Assembly: GCA_028534125.1 (NCBI GenBank)
Contig: CM052816.1
Location: 71,054,001-71,118,000, forward strand
DNA from: Lama glama
Lineage: Eukaryota
DNA: 64,000 nucleotides
Direction: 5' to 3'
The position numbers and the translations under genes were made by a program. The notes under the pieces were generated by a model. That model was not told the origin of the DNA. It worked only from the letters and a program-made list of their open reading frames with translations, and did no database searches. Below, in pieces: positions 36,361 through 49,100 of this stretch; the first letter of the stretch is position 1, and the number at the start of each line of letters is the position of its first letter.

Positions 36361-39279
36361 GCAGAAGATAATATCCAGCAGTTAGAAATAATTTCCTTAT
36401 GGCACAAAGTTTATTCTACATTCTGTTATTCTGTCTGTATTGAAAGACATACATTAACATGCCATATAAATTGTGTAGTTACTATCTGCATTAACTAAAT
36501 AGATCTGTAAGGGAAAGCTCCATTTTTAGGTGATATAAGCCCATTTGCTTAAGCAAGTTTGCTCTTTTACTGACTTGAAATATACATCTTTCATATCCCA
36601 CATGGACATTTAAATAATAAACTTCTTTAGATAAGATAGTAAGTACAAGTTTTTGCAGATTTCTTTATGGTATACAAAACATTTTAGAAACATGATTATA
36701 ACAAAGTACTTAAACTTCACTCTACAATTATTTTGTGTGAAGTGTGGATATTACTACTTTAGTTAATCAACACTGTAAAGATGAAGCATATTTCTTGAGT
36801 GAGCTTTGGTGACAGACAGTGCCTATGACATAGTTTGATATAAAAAACAATTATTTTCAAATCTCTTTTGAAAGACTGTTTACTTTTTATAAAGAAAGAA
36901 TGGCTTTTTTCAAAATTATCCTGACTGCTCCTGTTTTTCTGACTTTATAAAGTATAATTATAAGCTCTTTCTGATGTGGGATTTTGTTTATGCCTCTTTG
37001 ACTGGCCTGCTTAGTCCTTCTTTCATTGGTCAACACATAGGCTTTGTCGGTTTCAACTGCTATCATGATCCTATTGACCAGAAAGCACTCATAAGAGAGA
37101 AAATGCTCTCCACTGGAACATGTGACTGATAGAGTTCAGGAAATGCAGGATCAGTTATATATACATACACACAAATATTTAGTATATTTAACATATAACA
37201 TTATATCTTTGATGATTTGAATGGCTTTCTATCATATTGGAGATTTGTGATTCTAAATGTTTGTGCTACTAGTTTAATATTGTCATCCCATATTTAGTCT
37301 ATTACATTATTGATTTAGAATTATAATACATCTATAACTGTGTGCTTCATTAAGGAAAATGAGTTTGCTATAGAATTTTGTTTAGCTATACCTGTATATT
37401 CAGTTGTCCAAGGAATATTTTTAATACAGTTCTTACTTCAGATTGTGATTTATTTGTAATATTTGCTTCAAAGAACTGCTTTATTACCATTTTCACAAAC
37501 CAGAAACTTTTAAAATCATGCAACTTTTAAAATCAACAATAAAATTTGTCTGTTTTTTATTATATATCTATTTTCCAACTGAGAAGACAAATTTGGATTT
37601 AGTACAGTTTATAGACTCCGATAACTAGAAAGGCTAAAACTTCATAAAACAAGATACAGTTTAATTTACATAAGGAGCAGTTACTAAAGATTTATCTGAA
37701 ATAGCTAAACTAAGTTAGTAAATAAGCCACACATAATCTAGACATTATAGAAAAAAACTTCACGCTTAATAAGTTTTTCTTATTAATAGGGCAGCTATTT
37801 ATTCATTTATTCAACCAGTGTTTATTCAGGGTCTGCTGTGTGACAGCACAGGAATGAGCACCAGCATTACCATAAATAGCCATAGTCACTATCCATATGG
37901 GTCTTAGGGCAGCCCTGGAAAACTTACACAATATCCGTATCTGTATCTGTATCTTTAATTTTATCTGTGTAGTTATAGCTAATTTAAGCCATATGCCCTG
38001 ATGGCAGGAAAATCCTGGAGAGTTCTCTGAATATTTCAACATAAAATTTTTCAAACTCAGGAGGCAAATACGACACCAAGAATTGTTTCTCTGTGCTGCT
38101 GTTTTATTTTTTGTTTTTCACTTCCTTGTAAAATAATAAGCTTTTGATTTAGACATGAGAAAAATTTACCCTCATATAAGCATGTCTTCTTCATTTCTCT
38201 AAAGTAAAAGTAGGAAGCTTGATAAAGCATGTTATTTTTCCTTCAGGAATTCCTAGTTCTGTGACTTTCATAATCAATACAATTTTTATAGAAATATAAA
38301 ATATGACACATCAAAATAATTGAGTCACTTTAGGGCTTTCTTTCTTAAGAAGTTGGTGACATAAGGATGGGATTTGTTGAAAGAATGGAGAAAGCAAAAG
38401 GATTATTAATGGGATTAGAAAGAAGTGTAGCCCAACAAAATGGCCTCTCAGCTTTTATACAGACAACTGCAAGACTTTCCCTCCTAGGGCGCTACTGTCA
38501 TCACTGTCCTCATATACTTGGTCCTTCACGCCACTGATAACCTATTTCTATATATTCAACTGTATATAATATATTGCAATAAAAGGAAGAAAATTAAAAT
38601 ACTTTCCATTACTATTCTGTCCCAATAATAGCTGTTTGGTGAAAAATAAAGGTGGCAGGTGTGGCCAGAGAGAGTCAGATGCAAGAAAACTGACAAATTT
38701 TTGATGATTCTTAACCTGAATAATAGGCTGATAGTTCAGTTTATTATTTTATTTTGTGTATGTCTGAATTTTTCCAGAATAAAGTTAAAATATTAAATAA
38801 AAATAGTATATAGTGAAGATTAGAATAATCAAGCATTTTAAAGACAAAATATGAAAAGTTTCCTATTGTCCCAAACACTCCAAACATCAGTTTCATATAA
38901 TTAACATAAAAAGTACATAAATGTATATACCCACTTATATGCTCCTTTTAAAATAATTATACAAAGGGAAATAAACGAATTTTTTTCTGTACTTTGCCAT
39001 AATTAAATGTTTTTTACTTTTTGCTTATTTACTTATTCACACATACAGAGTTATCACTATCTGTTAAATATAATTGCATCATGATTTTTATGGATGTATG
39101 ATGCTTAACTGAAATAGTTCACAATTATTTGTAATATTGCTATTACAAGCTATAATGTAATAAACTTTTACTGATTATAAATCAAGGACATTTAAGAGTG
39201 TATGCTTTAGTTAAATTCATAGCAGTGATATGATATATGCATTTCCAATTTTGTTGGATATTATTCATTTTTCTCCTTG

Positions 39280-39740
39280 TTAAGACTGTGCTTGGGTAAG
39301 GGAAAAGATCAGAAGAAGGGAGATGATTTATTAGGCCACTGGAAAGCTCCAGGAAAGAGATGATGGTGCCTTGGACTATAGTGGAGGTCCTGGTAGTATT
39401 AAGAAGTTATTGGAATCTGGATATTCTGAAGCTGAAGTCACAGTATTTGGTGACAGTTTTATTATTGAAAGTGAAAGAAAGAGAGGAATCCAGTTAAGAT
39501 TCAAAAAGGTTTATCTAGAGCGTCTGGAAGTTTGATGTTTCCTTTTAAGGAATCAGAAGAGACTGCTTAAGGATCAGATTTGCCAGGAACAGGAATCAAG
39601 GATTTGTTTTGGGCTGTTTAGTTTGAGATATTTAGCAGACATCTAAATTAAAATATAGAACATTGAATGAAATAGGGAGAGAGAAATATTGGTAGTGATC
39701 AGCCACAAAATTAGATGATGTCACTTGGGGGATATATAAA
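39280..39740 (-). mobile_element. LINE-2 fragment
   Basis: ccaggaaagagatgatggtgccttggacta...tctggatattctgaag...tgtttagtttgagatatttagcagacatct. Confidence 0.8.
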
Positions 39741-40423
39741 GGAAGAACAGGTCTGATCACATGAGTTGGCAAAGGCAGTGATAGCAGGGGGGCCAAATAG
39801 TGGAAAAACAAATCAAAATAAAATCAAAATTTTCAAGAGACACAAATTACTTTAGCTTCTGGACTGTGAACAGCAGAAAATAATTGACAGTCTCTTTAGA
39901 AGGTCGTTTAAAGAAAGCATTCGATCAAACCAGTTATTAGCCTTGGATTTGGGGGCTCAATTTTCAAATTTGGGGGGAAATTTTATGATTGCCAGAAGAA
40001 ATTAGGGAATTTAGATTTACCCATACTGAATTCAGTTAGATTTTCCCAAAGGGAATATCATGGCTTTTCCATGAAAAAATAAGACATGGAGACTGGTGGT
40101 GGGGGAGGACGAATTAAAGTGTAAATTGCAGCTTTATATTTTATTACAAGTACAATCTGAACACCTTAACATAATCTACAAGGCCCTGGTAAATTGATCA
40201 TGCTTTCCTTGACAAGATTTTTCTCATATAATTCTAGGCCCTCACACTGTGATTTAGTGACACTGGCCTTTTTAGGTTTCTTCTTTTATGTGTCAAAATG
40301 TTTTATATCCACCTTCTTGAATTCCAGAGCTCAAGTAAAATACCATCCTTTTCTGTGAATTCCATCTAAAATAGCTAAGCCCCTTCCCATATAATATAAG
40401 TTTCTCTTATATTATGCTTCAAT

Positions 40424-42036
40424 TTCCATGCTCATGGATTGGAAGAATTAATATTGTTAAACTATTTGTACTACCCAAATCATTCTACAGATTCCATGCA
40501 ATCTTTATCAAAATGTCAATGGCATACTTCATATAACTAAAACAAAAAGTTCTAAAATTTTTATGGAACCACAAAAGACCCCAGATAGCCAAAAAGGTTC
40601 TGAGAAAAAAGAACAAAGCTGGCGATATCATACTCCCTGATTTCAGACTATACTACAAAGCTATAGTAATCAAAACATGTCATGGTACTAGCATAAAGAC
40701 AGACACATAGGTCAATGGGAGAGAAATAAAATCCCCAAAATATAACCACACATATATGGACAATTAATCTATGACAAAGGAGCAAAGAAGATACAATGGA
40801 GAAAGACAGTCTCTTCAATTACATGGTGCTGGGAGAACTGGACAGTCACATACAAAAGGAGGAAACTAGACACCTGTCATACCATCCACAAAAATTAACT
40901 TGAGATAGACTGAAAACTTGAATTTAAGACCTGAAACCATGAAACTCTTAGCATAAAATATAAGCAGTATTCTCCTTGACATCAGCCTTAACAGTGTTTT
41001 TGTGGATCTGACTCCAAAGACATGAGAAAATAGCAAAAACAAACAAATGGGACTATATTAAAAAAAAAAAAACAACTTTTGCACCCTGAATAAAATCTTT
41101 ATCAAAACAAAAAGGCAACATACTGAATGGGAGAAATTATTTGCAAATGTATATCCAGCAAGGGGTTAATATCCAAAATATATTTTTAAAAACTCATAAA
41201 ATTCAATAACAAAAACAACCAACCTTATAAAATGGGTTTCTGAATAGACATTTTCCAAAGAAGATATACACATGGCCAACAGGCATGTGAAAAAGTGTTC
41301 AACATCACTAATTACCAGGGAAATGCAAGTCAAAACCACAATGAGCTATCAACTTACACCTGTTTGAACAGCTGTTATCAAGAAGACAAGGAATAACAAA
41401 AGTTGAGGAGGATGTGAAGAAAAAGAAATTCTTGTACACTTTTTGGTGGGAATGTAGGTTGGTGTTGCCACTATGGATAAACTATGGCAGTTCCTCAAAA
41501 AATTAATAATAGAACTATCATATGACCCAGTGTTTCCACTTATGGGTATTTATTTGAAGAATACTTGAAGGGTATTTGAAAAGATATATGCACCCCTATG
41601 TTCACTGAAGCATTATTTACAGCAACCAAATACATGAACAACATGTGTCCACTGATGGAAGAATAGAAAAGGAAGATGTGGTATGTGTATGTGTATATAT
41701 ATACACAAAGAAATATTAGCCCTAAAAAAGAATGAAATTCTGCCATTTGTGACAACATGGATGGAACTTGTAGGTACTATGTTAAGTAAACTAAGTCAGA
41801 CAGAGAGAGAGAAATACTGTGTTTTTTTCACTCATATTTTGAATCTAAAAACAAATAAACAAAACAAATAAAAAACAAGAGGAAAACTCGTAGATAGATC
41901 AGATTGGTGGTTACAGAGGGGAAGAGGGTCATCTGTATGGTGATGGATGGTGACTTGTGGCTGTAATCTCTCTGTACTGTGTACAGATGTTGAACTATAA
42001 TGTGATACACTTGAAACATATATATATATATATATA
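40424..42036 (+). mobile_element. 5'-truncated LINE-1 (ORF2 3' third + 3'UTR), intermediate age
   Basis: ccatgctcatggattggaagaattaatattgttaa...aagaacaaagctgg...gaaatgcaagtcaaaaccacaatgag...aagaatgaaattctgccatttgtgacaacatggatgg. The 3'UTR differs from the younger family and ends in (TA)n. Confidence 0.93.
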
Positions 42037-42037
42037 A

Positions 42038-42209
42038 TTTATTTAAGTGAAATATATTTAAAATAATACCATTTTACCATGTAATCATTACTATACAATT
42101 ATTAATTAGATATTTTACATTCTTTTCTTTTATACCAATGCTTTGGTGTCCAATGTGATTTTTCACACTTAGAGCACATCTCAGTATGGATTAGCCACAT
42201 TTCAAGTGC
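42038..42209. mobile_element. hAT-Charlie MITE (MER33-like), truncated by gap
   Basis: catgtaatca...agatattttacattctttt...cacttagagcacatctcagtatggattagccacatttcaagtgc. Confidence 0.8.
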
Positions 42210-42309
42210 NNNNNNNNNNNNNNNNNNNNNNNNNNNNNNNNNNNNNNNNNNNNNNNNNNNNNNNNNNNNNNNNNNNNNNNNNNNNNNNNNNNNNNNNNNN
42301 NNNNNNNNN
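42210..42309. other. Assembly gap (100 N)
   Basis: Run of N. Confidence 1.
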
Positions 42310-43639
42310 AAATGAACTGCTCCTTTTGTGCTAGTCTTTGTTCTCCACTTTATTCACTATCTAAATGTCCTGTATTATCGGAGTATGGCTGAGTCCCTTG
42401 CTTCCTTATTTCTTGCCTTGGCTTTTGCTGATGTTCCCAATATTGTTATGTTCAGTATAACTCCACTTTGATCATCAACTGAGTAGTCAAGCCTCACCCC
42501 TCTCCATGCTTTTCTCCTGGTGAACTTGATGGAAATACTTCATAACTTTCTCATCACTCTGGGTCATGCCAGAACCTCAGATTCCACAGCTGACACCCCA
42601 AAGCAATGAAGGGCTGCAACACTACATTGGCTGCATCTGCATAGGAACCTCCTTCAGCCACTGCCCCGCTACTATTCACATGCCGTGTTAAATGGCAAAG
42701 TTCTACTAAATCTGAGCTTTTGCTCTGAAGGAATAACTGAGGGGAAAAGGAGAAGGGAGAATATATGACAGCATTTAGAAATAGTTTTCTAGTACAGTTA
42801 ATTGGACAGTTATAAGAATTAGTAGATACAAGTCCCATGGGCCTTTAACAGAAATGTGTTTCCACAGAATCATTAAGAATGCATTCTAAAAATTATCCGG
42901 AAGACAATCATTTCATGTTAATATTTTTCTCAAAGCATCATTCCTTTTGGATGGTTGAATAAGGTTTTAAGAAAAAAAATTATATCAGAAAGAGAAAGGG
43001 GAGAGAGTGAGAGAGAGCATGCACTTTTTTTCTTTTTTTTTGATGCATGCTCTTAAAGGTCTTATTAACCTCAAGCCATTTTGGGCTTTGGTAATACCTC
43101 TAACATTTTTCTTAAAATGAAGATACTCTTCCATTTAAAATTATCTTTAGTGCCGGGGCACAAAAATAAATCAATTCTTAGCTATAATGATTTAAAGTCT
43201 TTGAACTTTTCAAACTGAAACAAATGTCATATGAGTTATCTTTCATCTTATAGCTATTATTCTAACACAGTTCACTTGAGTGACACTCTGTCCACAGAAT
43301 CATCATCTATTTTTGACCCTTTTAACTTAGAACTTACTCATTTCTTACCCAAAAATTATTTCCCCGCTTCCAAGTGATCATTTCTAGACCTAGTATTTTC
43401 CTTTCTTCAGAAGCCTGTCTGAAGGTTTTCTCTCCAACTCTTATAAACTTTAAGTTTGTTATTACAACTCAAAGCAATACCAAGTCTAGAACATTTTATG
43501 ACATTTTTATAATAAAGCAAATGTTACTTACTGCTTTAAATGTTTTTAACATATGAATAAACAGAATTAAAATTATTTTACATTTTGTTTGTTCTATTTT
43601 GATTTATATGTTTTATCTATTTTTCTACTAGCCATTCTT

Positions 43640-43850
43640 TTTCTTTCCTAGCTTTATTGAGGCATAATTAGCAAATAAAATTTTAAGATATTTCTAAAGT
43701 GCACAACATGATGATTTGATATGCTTGTATATTGTAAAAGGATTCCCCTCATTGAGTTAACACATCCATCACCTTATTTATTTATTTATTTGTTTATTTA
43801 TTTTTGATGATCATATTTAATTTCCACTCTTTTAGAAAATTTCATGTATT
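43640..43850 (-). mobile_element. LINE-1 3' tip (L1MA8/9-like)
   Basis: agctttattgaggcataattagcaaataaaa...gtgcacaacatgatgatttgatat...ttaacacatccatcacct. Confidence 0.8.
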
Positions 43851-45786
43851 TTAATGTTTTTACATGTATTCATGTATTTCTTGTATGTAAAATTTAAAAC
43901 ATTAATGACCCACTTATTCTAAAATAAGATAGAGATGCCTCTATTGCCTCTCATTTAGGCTCTTATATATATGGTATCATTGCAGTTGTAGGCCATTATC
44001 AAACACAGAGCTGTTTCATAAATAAAGTTCATATAGTTAAAAATATATATTTTGTTTAATATTATCACTTGAACCACAGGCCAAACCTCAACTTAAAAAA
44101 AAAGTGGTAAACAAACATATATACATACCACTAGAACTAGCATAACGTTTTGTAAACCAAGTTTCCTCACATTCCATCGTCATTACAGAAACACCGCATA
44201 ACCTGTTGAGGATGCAGGCTTCCCAGTGTGCCACTGATACTGAAAATGATAGAGTTGTTCTTACACTTACACAGAAAGATGAGGAGACTATGAGTAAGAT
44301 AGATTATTTATACATATTAAATCTGTGAAGAGCTAGCTCATTACTTGGTAACATCAATTCAAGGTGGGGAAAAAAGAATGATTTTGAGTAAAACTGTACC
44401 ACTTGTTTTATAAAACCGACACATGGGACCTATTAGAATTTATATAGTATGCCCTATAAATAATTCATTTTTTTTCAGATAGTTGCTATATTGTCTTACT
44501 GTAATCAAGTGTAGACTGATCCCTGCTTCTAACCATCTCCAGAAGTGTTTTGCAGCACATGGAAAGTAATTAGTACTTTTGAGCCTCATCATCACCTATT
44601 TGGATCTTTGACATTTACTGGACTAAATAATTTAAATTATTTCTTTGTTTAATTGTAATCTGACATTTAGTCTATGGGAGTATCTGCCCAAATTTTATAA
44701 GATTCAGCATACAGTTACAATCAGTGCTTATATTGTTATATGATTGATTCTAGAACATAAGGTGGATGCTGTTCTCAGACATTTAACCCTTGAAGGTGAA
44801 AAACTTTGATAGAAAAGATACTCCTAATTTTAAGATTGTTTTGACTCATCAGATTCTAAGTGAGGTTAAGTATCCTTGTTTGTTGTCTAGGATCACTGTA
44901 AACATGCCATAACTTCCTTATCACTCTCTGAAGCGTGTACATTTTAATGGTGAAAATTTGATTGATTTTTAAATTAAAATGAATAAATGAGATTAATATC
45001 AAGCTGTACTATTTTGTAGGTATCAGATATTTATATATGATCTAACAAAGTTCCTATTCCTGTCATCTTTAACCATAGTTCATTAGATTGTAGCCTACTC
45101 TTCTGTACAGTTGAATTTCATGCAGACTCCTTTGACCACTTTCAATAAAGGGGCCAATCTGGTGAGCAGAGGGCTTCTATCACCCCTGAGTAATTATTGC
45201 TTTTATCATTCTCTGTAATTCTTCTGATAAATGTTTTTGCCATTCTCCTTAGGGTCCTTAACCTTCATTCAGATTTGAACAGTACTAGGAGTTCAGTCTT
45301 TATGGCGGCAATATCCCATCTCTGTAATGTTACAGTTTCTCAGTTACATTGACACATTTGAGGAAGAAATATTTTTTTTAATTTTAATGTCATACTGTTA
45401 TAAAATATTACATGCTTTCATCTGCATGTTTTCCAAAATAATGTACTTCATGTACTCTTTTAACTACAGTGATCTTTTTGCCTCTACTTAAACAGATGTG
45501 ATCATTTCCCTATTGAGTTAAATCTCCCACATTCTGAAACAATGGACATGTGAGATTTTCTTCATCCACTACTTGTCACCAATGTGAAATTTGCAGTCGA
45601 TGTCGTTCTATACTATTAGTGTAATCCAATTCGTATTTTAAATAGTTCTTAACATGTTAATAGTTATACATCAAATTGCACAAAGATATTATTAAACATG
45701 TTGTTGAATAATTCTCATTATGTACACAAAGAAAAAATGATGGATTTAGTCTGGTCTTTGCTCTTAAACATTGGATTTAATCATTT

Positions 45787-46105
45787 TGTGAGTTCATGTG
45801 GATCTGCTGCCCAGTTCCCCTTCATGATGCTACGAGTGCAGTCAGAAGAGGGGTCAGCTGTTAGCTTCTGTTGTCAGTGGCAGAGATCCACTTTGCCTAA
45901 AGTCACATCCCTTCCTGGAACAACCTTCCTGGGACAGCTCATCAATCAGTGGAATAAAGCTTCATTTTTCTGGATTCAACACAGTCTAATTCTAAAGGAC
46001 CATTTTATTTCCAGATCTCCTGGTGGGATAGGAGTTTCTCACTGGGTCTGAATTGTAGTTTAACTTCTTTCTCTGCCCGGTCCTGTTCATCTCCTGCCTG
46101 CACAG
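45787..46105 (+). mobile_element. ERVL solo LTR fragment (LTR16A-like)
   Basis: tgctgcccagttccccttca...gagtgcagtcag...cagctgttagc...aaagtcacatcccttcctgg...tctctgcccggtcctgttc resembles recalled LTR16A. Confidence 0.65.
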
Positions 46106-49100
46106 CTGCAATATTTGTAAAGCCCAATTTCATGCAAAGTGTGAGAGTATGGTAGAGACTTACTTCACTGGAACAGCATAGGCACACAATGGAGTCAAGA
46201 TTATATTCGTATAACATTTTCTGTATGTTTCTCCTCTTGGAGCAATCTCAAGTTTAGGCATATGAAAAATAGCTATAACACATCTCTGTGTAGACACAGT
46301 TCTGGATTGGAGGGGCAACCAGGCAGGTCGTATATTTGAATGGCATTTCTAAATACTAGAAGAATGAGGTGATAGAATCTAACAGATAATCTTTGCAAAG
46401 CCACCTTATAAATACAAGAAGTTAGTCCTTTGGGAGTGACCTATTTCAAACTTTAGTTACTACCAGCCACCAACAGATCTATAGTATTTTGCAGTCTTAT
46501 AATAATAAATTAGCATCCAATGGCTTTTCATTTCCAGGTTTCTACGGCAACCTCTGTACCACATACTCATTAGAAAGAAGTTCTGTTTAATTGATCTACT
46601 AATGTATTGCTTAATAGTAACTGTTAAGCAGTCTTTTGTTTCCAGGTCATATTTAGGGTTCACATATTTGCATAAAAGCATTTCGTTAGCTGAAACCAAT
46701 CATTACTAGTAATTTTCTTTCTTTAGTTTAAAATAACTAAACCCTCATTGAGATTTTCTGAATAGCAAATATTTATATCTTAGAGAATAGGCTTTCTGTA
46801 TGAGCTTGGCTTGCTTTGTTTCTGTGAGCAGCAAGAAAATTACAGAGCTTGAAAATGTTAATCAGTGAAGACAAAAAGAAGGTGTCTTTTTCTAGAGTTG
46901 AAATGCAAATTCACAGTGACGCTAACTATAGGCCATATCCAATATTTGATGACAAAGTTGTAATGGATAAATATAATTTAGAATACACAGTAGTTATCCA
47001 CTGCATAACTTTCACTGATTAGAATTTTCATATGTTCCATTCACTGCAGTTGAGACATTCTTAGCTGAGTTGTTTCTTGTATTTCAAGCCCATCCAAAGG
47101 ACCAAGCTTAAAAATGTACTGGTCATTGGCTTTAAATTAGCCTAGAAACAAACACTAATAAAAGTGATAAAATCCCTAAGTTAACTGAGGGTTGGGGCAG
47201 GGTAGAAAGATAACATTTATTGGAATACAGCACCAAATATATTCTTTACTAGACTCGGAATTTGAAATACGTAAAGCCATTCGGTTATCAGAAACATTTT
47301 TTCCATTGCAGAGACAAGGAAGATAAGTCTCTAAAAATGTTTAAATCAACTATTTAGTTTATTCAGTAAATATTAATTAGATAATACAATATGCCAATTA
47401 AATTTAAATTAATTAAAATTAAACTAAAGAAGACAAGCAAGCATTTATACTCATGAAATGTACACACTAGCTCCATTACATTAAAAAAATAACTAAGCAA
47501 GTATTTGAATGCTGATATGTGCCAGACAGATGTTGGGCACTGTGGCATCATATCAGAATGTGATATGCAATGTGATTATGCTGATTAATTGTGGAACTGG
47601 GTTTTATACTCAAGTCTTTGATTCCAAATCCTATTTTCTTTCCATTGTGATCTCTATGGTAGAATGTTTATCTAAAAAGAAGAGGCATCACCGTCTTTGG
47701 TCCAGTCAACTACTTACTACTGATGTTAGTAGTGTTTTTCTAGAGATCTCACTTGCCATAGCTCATATCCCTGCCATCCATTAGGGGAGAGAGTAGTTTC
47801 CCACACCATTGACTCTGTTGTTGAGAATTGCCTGAGATGCTAATTACAATACAAAACAACCAGTGACTCAGAGGAAAGAAGATGGAGTGAAGGGAAAAGT
47901 AGTTTAAGGCATGGACATTGGGATTTAGTACCTCCTTTCAATGCAAACTAGAAAAAAATATTGCTCAATTTCTTTTATCTATAAAATAGCAATGATCAAT
48001 ACTATTTAATATAGTGACTAGAATATCAGAGCATTACACAATACTTGTTTTTTGTTTTTATTTATTTTGCTTTCATTATCTTTCATTAGATGTATGATGT
48101 TGATGATCAGGAGTAGATATAGAAGGATATTCTATATGTCCATTTTCTTTGGGGAAAAAATTACAAAGAAATATCAAATCTTACATCTACAAGAATACTT
48201 AAAAATATGAAATAAGCTTTAAAACATGAGCAAAATATTTAAGTGTCGGAGTGAAGTTTTTCTTCTGTCATTTGAAGGAATAACAGAAGAAAACATAAAA
48301 TATTTTATATGTATCACAGGAGCTGTTTTAAGAGTAGTAGACACCCTGCATGATAGTGTCACTGAGGAGACTTACGTGGGAAATGCTTGCGATAAAAATT
48401 TTGGAACACTGTGGATAATGTTCTAAACGCTGGTCTTTACCAACCAGAAAACCATGTTCAGTGCGTTATCAGTCTCACCTCTCTGAGAGCTGCTGTTTGT
48501 GTGTAATTATTCATAGACTTGAAATAGAAAAAGTAATATTACTTTTCCATTTCAGGTTCTTACTGTCAATACCCTGGTCTAGGGCAACTGCCTCTTTCTT
48601 AAGAGTTGGACTTTATCTCCATTTTAATTCATTTTTCAGGAATTTAAAAATTGTGTTTCTTTCCTTTGGGAAGTTGTGGTTAGCAAAAATTCTGTTTTTC
48701 ATCAAATTTCAATCCTATTACCCAGAGGGTATATTTTTTCCAAAATGAATTTTCTTTCCTAATTGCTAAATTAACATATGTTCATAATATATTTGGAAGG
48801 TGTAAAGAAACAAAAAGAATAAGAGCACCCATCTAATTTTATCATCCAGACATAAATATAATGAATAGTTTCAAATTTATTTTTCAGACTAGCATATGCT
48901 GCTGTACATTCTAAACACAATTACATGTTCAGTATAACTATTTTTAAACAAAACGTGATATAAATGCATGATGTTTTACAATCTTCTTTTGCTCTTAACT
49001 ATACATCAGGGACAAATTTGCATGTTAATAAATATACATCATTATTTAATAGTTGCATATTTATTCAATGGATATTCAATGATTATGACCTCTGTGCTAT

